A DNA stretch of 35,804 bases, from the NCBI GenBank assembly GCA_964383645.1, contig CAYLII010000003.1, positions 1 to 35,804 of the forward strand, read 5' to 3'. Below the pieces are notes generated by a model, which was not told the origin of the DNA, made no database searches, and saw only the letters and a program-made list of their open reading frames with translations. Of this stretch, positions 33,501 to 35,804 are shown in pieces. Origin of the DNA: an uncultured Methanosarcinales archaeon. Its GTDB lineage: Archaea; Nanobdellota; Nanobdellia; Woesearchaeales; JAGVZT01. The first letter of the stretch is position 1. Each line of letters begins with the position of its first letter. A program made the position numbers and the translations under genes.

Positions 33501-33653
33501 TTACCAGCCCTCATCGTCCTCAATCTCTTCGTCGTCCTGAGGCTCCTCGAAGCTCTCGTCTTCGTCTTCAGCGTCGTCGAATTCGTCGTCTTCGAACTCT
33601 TCTTCCTTGCTCTCTTTCCCATCAATATTCTTTTTCTTCTTGTCCCTTGCCAT
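33501..33653 (-). CDS. 50-aa hyper-acidic hypothetical protein
   Basis: My own minus-strand translation is MARDKKKKNIDGKESKEEEFEDDEFDDAEDEDESFEEPQDDEEIEDDEGW*. It falls below the track's size cutoff. The opposite-strand 104-aa track ORF is R/S/L low-complexity and looks spurious. Confidence 0.4.
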   Translation of the reverse strand: MARDKKKKNIDGKESKEEEFEDDEFDDAEDEDESFEEPQDDEEIEDDEGW

Positions 33654-33728
33654 CTTTAAAAACCCCCCTATTAGTTTTAGGTTTGGTTCGGTTTTCAGGC
33701 CGTAACCTGCCTTTGTTTTTATGCTTTT

Positions 33729-33785
33729 TTATTTTTTCTTCTTCTTGCTCTTTGTGCTACTTCCGCAACAGCATCCGCATGCCAT
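33729..33785 (-). CDS. 18-codon Cys-rich micro-ORF (MACGCCCGSSTKSKKKKK)
   Basis: My own codon-by-codon translation. GAGGTGG (complement of 33792-33798) lies 6 nt upstream of the ATG. A TATA-like TTTATAAA (33866-33873) lies about 80 nt upstream. Confidence 0.25.
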   Translation of the reverse strand: MACGCCCGSSTKSKKKKK

Positions 33786-33906
33786 AAAGACCACCTCTTA
33801 TAGTCAATAAATCAAGGCATAGCCCGTAAGGGTTTGGCCCTAGGCACTCTCAAGGCCATCCATTTATAAATCTTTAGAATCTGCAGATTACAGCCATGCT
33901 AGGATA

Positions 33907-33956
33907 TGGCCTGCAGTGGCCTGGCCTGCGCTAAGGCGCAGATGGCCAGATTGGCC
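33907..33956 (-). terminator. GC-rich imperfect hairpin with five TGGCC repeats directly 3' of srp54
   Basis: Core stem CTGCGC (33926-31), loop TAAG, GCGCAG (33936-41), flanked by TGGCC at 33907, 33917, 33922, 33943 and 33952. Its function as a terminator or stability element is inferred only. Confidence 0.3.
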
Positions 33957-35309
33957 CTATCTCATCTTCATATTGCCCATGCCACCTTTCTGGAGCTTAT
34001 TCATGAGCTTCTCTGGCGAGCCCCCTTTCAGGGCCTTTGCCAGCTTCTTGCTCTGTTTGTACTGCTTAAGAAGCTCTCTCACGTCTGCCTCGCTTATCCC
34101 TGCCCCTTTGGCTATCCTCAATATCCTGGAGCTTGTTATGCTGTCTGGCTCTTCCAGCTCTTCTTTTGTCATGGAATCCATCGCATGCTTCCAGAGCTTG
34201 AGCTTCTCTTCCTGCACCTGAAGGGCCTCCTTTGGCATCTTTATCTGCGAGAATCCTGGAATCATTTCCACAATCTTATTGAGGGGGCCCATCCTGTTCA
34301 TGGCCTCCATTTGGTCGTAGAGGTCCACCAGGTTGAATTCGCCTTTCAGGAACCTCTTGCTCAAGTCCTCTGCCTGCTCAGTATTCATAGCTTCATGGGC
34401 TTTCTCCAACAATGCCTCAAGGTCGCCCATGCCCAATAATTTTCCAACAAAATTGTTTGGCCGGAACTTCTCGAGGTCGTCAATTTTCTCGCCCACCCCT
34501 ATGAACTTGACTTTTGCGTCAGTGACAGAGCAGGCAATGAGCGCTCCTCCGCCTTTCGCAGTGCCGTCAAGTTTGGTGATTATGATGCCAGTAACTCCGC
34601 AGCTCTCATGAAATGCCTTCGCCTGGGCCTCTGCGGCCTGCCCTATATCGCCTGATAGCACAAGCAGCCTCTCCTCAGGCTTTGCAGCCTCTGCCAACTC
34701 ATTTAGCTCGGTTATCAATTCCTTTGAGAGCGCGTCCCTGCCTGCTGTGTCTATTATCACAACATCAAACTTCTCAAGCTCTTTCTCGAACTCCCTGTAG
34801 ATCTGGACAGCATCTTTCACTTTCTTGTTCCCGAATGCAGGAACCCCTATCTTATTGCAGAGCTGGGTGAGCTGCTCAAATGCAGCCGGCCTGTAGAAAT
34901 CTGTCTGGATGCAGGCCACCTTGTAGCCCTGCTTCTGGAAATACTTTGCAAGTTTCCCTGCATGTGTGGTCTTTCCCGAGCCGAACAGCCCCACAAGCAT
35001 TATCTTTGTCGGCTTTTTTGTAATCTCAAGTTTGCCCTCCTCTTTTCCAAGGAAATCCACCAGCTCCTCATAGACAATCTTGATGAGGTGCTCTTTTTTA
35101 GTAATTCCTGGAGGAGTCTTATCCTTTAGCGCCCTCTCCTTTATCTTCTCTGAGAGCTTGAAAACCAGCTTCACATTCACGTCAGACTGAAGAAGCGCCC
35201 TCTGAATCTCCCTAACAAGGTCATTTATCAGTTTGTCATCGACAAACATGGCTTTCGCTATCTTCTCAAGCGTATTTCTTAGCGAGCTTCCCAGATTGTC
35301 AAGTACCAT
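33957..35309 (-). CDS. srp54: signal recognition particle protein SRP54
   Basis: N domain, G domain (GLFGSGKTT, DTAGR, TKLDG) and a Met-rich M domain (MGDL...MNRMGPL...MIPG). ATG 35309 is preferred over the track's TTG at 35351. A TATA box ATTTATAAAT lies about 45 nt upstream. Confidence 0.95.
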   Translation of the reverse strand: MVLDNLGSSLRNTLEKIAKAMFVDDKLINDLVREIQRALLQSDVNVKLVFKLSEKIKERALKDKTPPGITKKEHLIKIVYEELVDFLGKEEGKLEITKKPTKIMLVGLFGSGKTTHAGKLAKYFQKQGYKVACIQTDFYRPAAFEQLTQLCNKIGVPAFGNKKVKDAVQIYREFEKELEKFDVVIIDTAGRDALSKELITELNELAEAAKPEERLLVLSGDIGQAAEAQAKAFHESCGVTGIIITKLDGTAKGGGALIACSVTDAKVKFIGVGEKIDDLEKFRPNNFVGKLLGMGDLEALLEKAHEAMNTEQAEDLSKRFLKGEFNLVDLYDQMEAMNRMGPLNKIVEMIPGFSQIKMPKEALQVQEEKLKLWKHAMDSMTKEELEEPDSITSSRILRIAKGAGISEADVRELLKQYKQSKKLAKALKGGSPEKLMNKLQKGGMGNMKMR

Positions 35310-35402
35310 ATGCCTTAGCCTACCTCTTATTAGTCCTCTATTAACCCCCAATTATTTATAAATGTTTAGAATAGGGGGCAGAATTGGTCAATCTCTCTTC
35401 TT

Positions 35403-35804
35403 CTACTCTGCAGCGTCTTTACTGAAGAACTCCTCTATCTTTTTCTTGTACAGTACTGTCGTCACGAGCTCCCAGCTTTTTGGAAAGCACCTGCTGTACT
35501 GGTGCCAGCTGTATCTTTCATCAAGGAATATTATGGCTCCTCTGTCAGTCTCGCTCCTTATCACTCTTCCTGCATTCTGCATCACCTTGTTCATCGCTGG
35601 AAACACATAGCCGTAATCCCATCCCTTCGAGAATTTCTCATCATAGTACTTTATTAGGCCTTTAGTCTCAAGGTCAGGCACACTTAGCGGCAGCCCCACA
35701 ACTACAACAGCGTTCAGGTAATCTCCCGGAAGGTCGATTCCCTCTCCAAAAGAGCCCGAGACAGCTGCCAGAAGCACTGCACCGCTGTCCTTGTAATTCT
35801 TGAA
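35403..35804 (-). CDS. XPD/Rad3 (DinG-family) helicase, C-terminal part (gene runs off window end)
   Basis: GSFGEGIDLPGDYLNAVVVVGLPL and motif VI QNAGRVIRSETDRGAIIFLDERY. The frame is open to the window end. Confidence 0.8.
   Translation of the reverse strand, partial: FKNYKDSGAVLLAAVSGSFGEGIDLPGDYLNAVVVVGLPLSVPDLETKGLIKYYDEKFSKGWDYGYVFPAMNKVMQNAGRVIRSETDRGAIIFLDERYSWHQYSRCFPKSWELVTTVLYKKKIEEFFSKDAAE

Noticed and set aside
33473-33787. 104-aa plus-strand ORF (R/S/L-rich)
   Set aside because: It is low-complexity and is antisense to the acidic 50-codon ORF and the micro-ORF. The Arg/Ser repeats mirror GAA/GAC-rich coding on the other strand.
33906-34439. 177-aa and 101-aa plus-strand ORFs
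   Set aside because: They are antisense to the strongly supported srp54 gene and have no motifs.
1-35804. CRISPR arrays, transposases, integrases, toxin-antitoxin or other defence islands
   Set aside because: I saw no regularly spaced direct repeats and no ORF with the corresponding motifs. The only mobile-element hint is the duplicated tRNA-Arg 3' end, reported separately.

Overview
This is an archaeal chromosomal segment made up mostly of core information-processing genes. PolD (DP1 and DP2), MCM, Orc1/Cdc6, RFC, an HMf-type histone, Alba, TBP and e-type ribosomal proteins point to a euryarchaeal-grade or DPANN-like lineage and away from Crenarchaeota. I cannot place it more precisely without a search. 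Gene order: truncated membrane protein, PRC-barrel protein, RFC small subunit, two tandem paralogous Cys-rich lipoproteins, RNase Z, histone, Hjc, TBP, MCM plus an RPA32-like OB/wH protein, SpoIIM-like membrane protein, aIF2-beta plus DUF424, the orc1/cdc6-DP1-DP2 operon, a replication-origin-like AT-rich region with inverted ORB-like repeats, TrmB-family regulator, fused ADP-forming acetyl-CoA synthetase, endonuclease V, an orphan 5S rRNA, an RHH/nucleotidyltransferase-like fusion divergent from a UDP-glucose dehydrogenase/UDP-xylose synthase pair, TraB, amino-acid permease, S17e-Alba-tRNA-L34e-L14e, three very small ORFs, SRP54 and a truncated XPD-type helicase. I found no CRISPR array, integrase, transposase or recognisable defence system, so no clearly novel multi-gene system is claimed. 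The most interesting signals are RNA-level and regulatory. (1) A tRNA-Trp(CCA) gene hidden under a spurious ORF carries two introns, one at 37/38 and one in the T-loop at 59/60, and the second has a near-canonical bulge-helix-bulge. (2) Its first intron has a box C/D-like half guide whose N+5 position pairs with C34. (3) An intron-containing tRNA-Arg(UCG) has its 3' end duplicated 70 bp downstream. (4) A ribbon-helix-helix domain is fused to a nucleotidyltransferase fold with a degenerate active-site loop, next to three helically phased direct repeats in the divergent promoter of a UDP-sugar operon. (5) A putative oriC. (6) A Shine-Dalgarno-preceded 18-codon Cys-rich micro-ORF followed by a 50-aa hyper-acidic ORF and a basic ORF. 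All calls rest on reading the sequence and recalling family motifs. No database search or folding computation was run.
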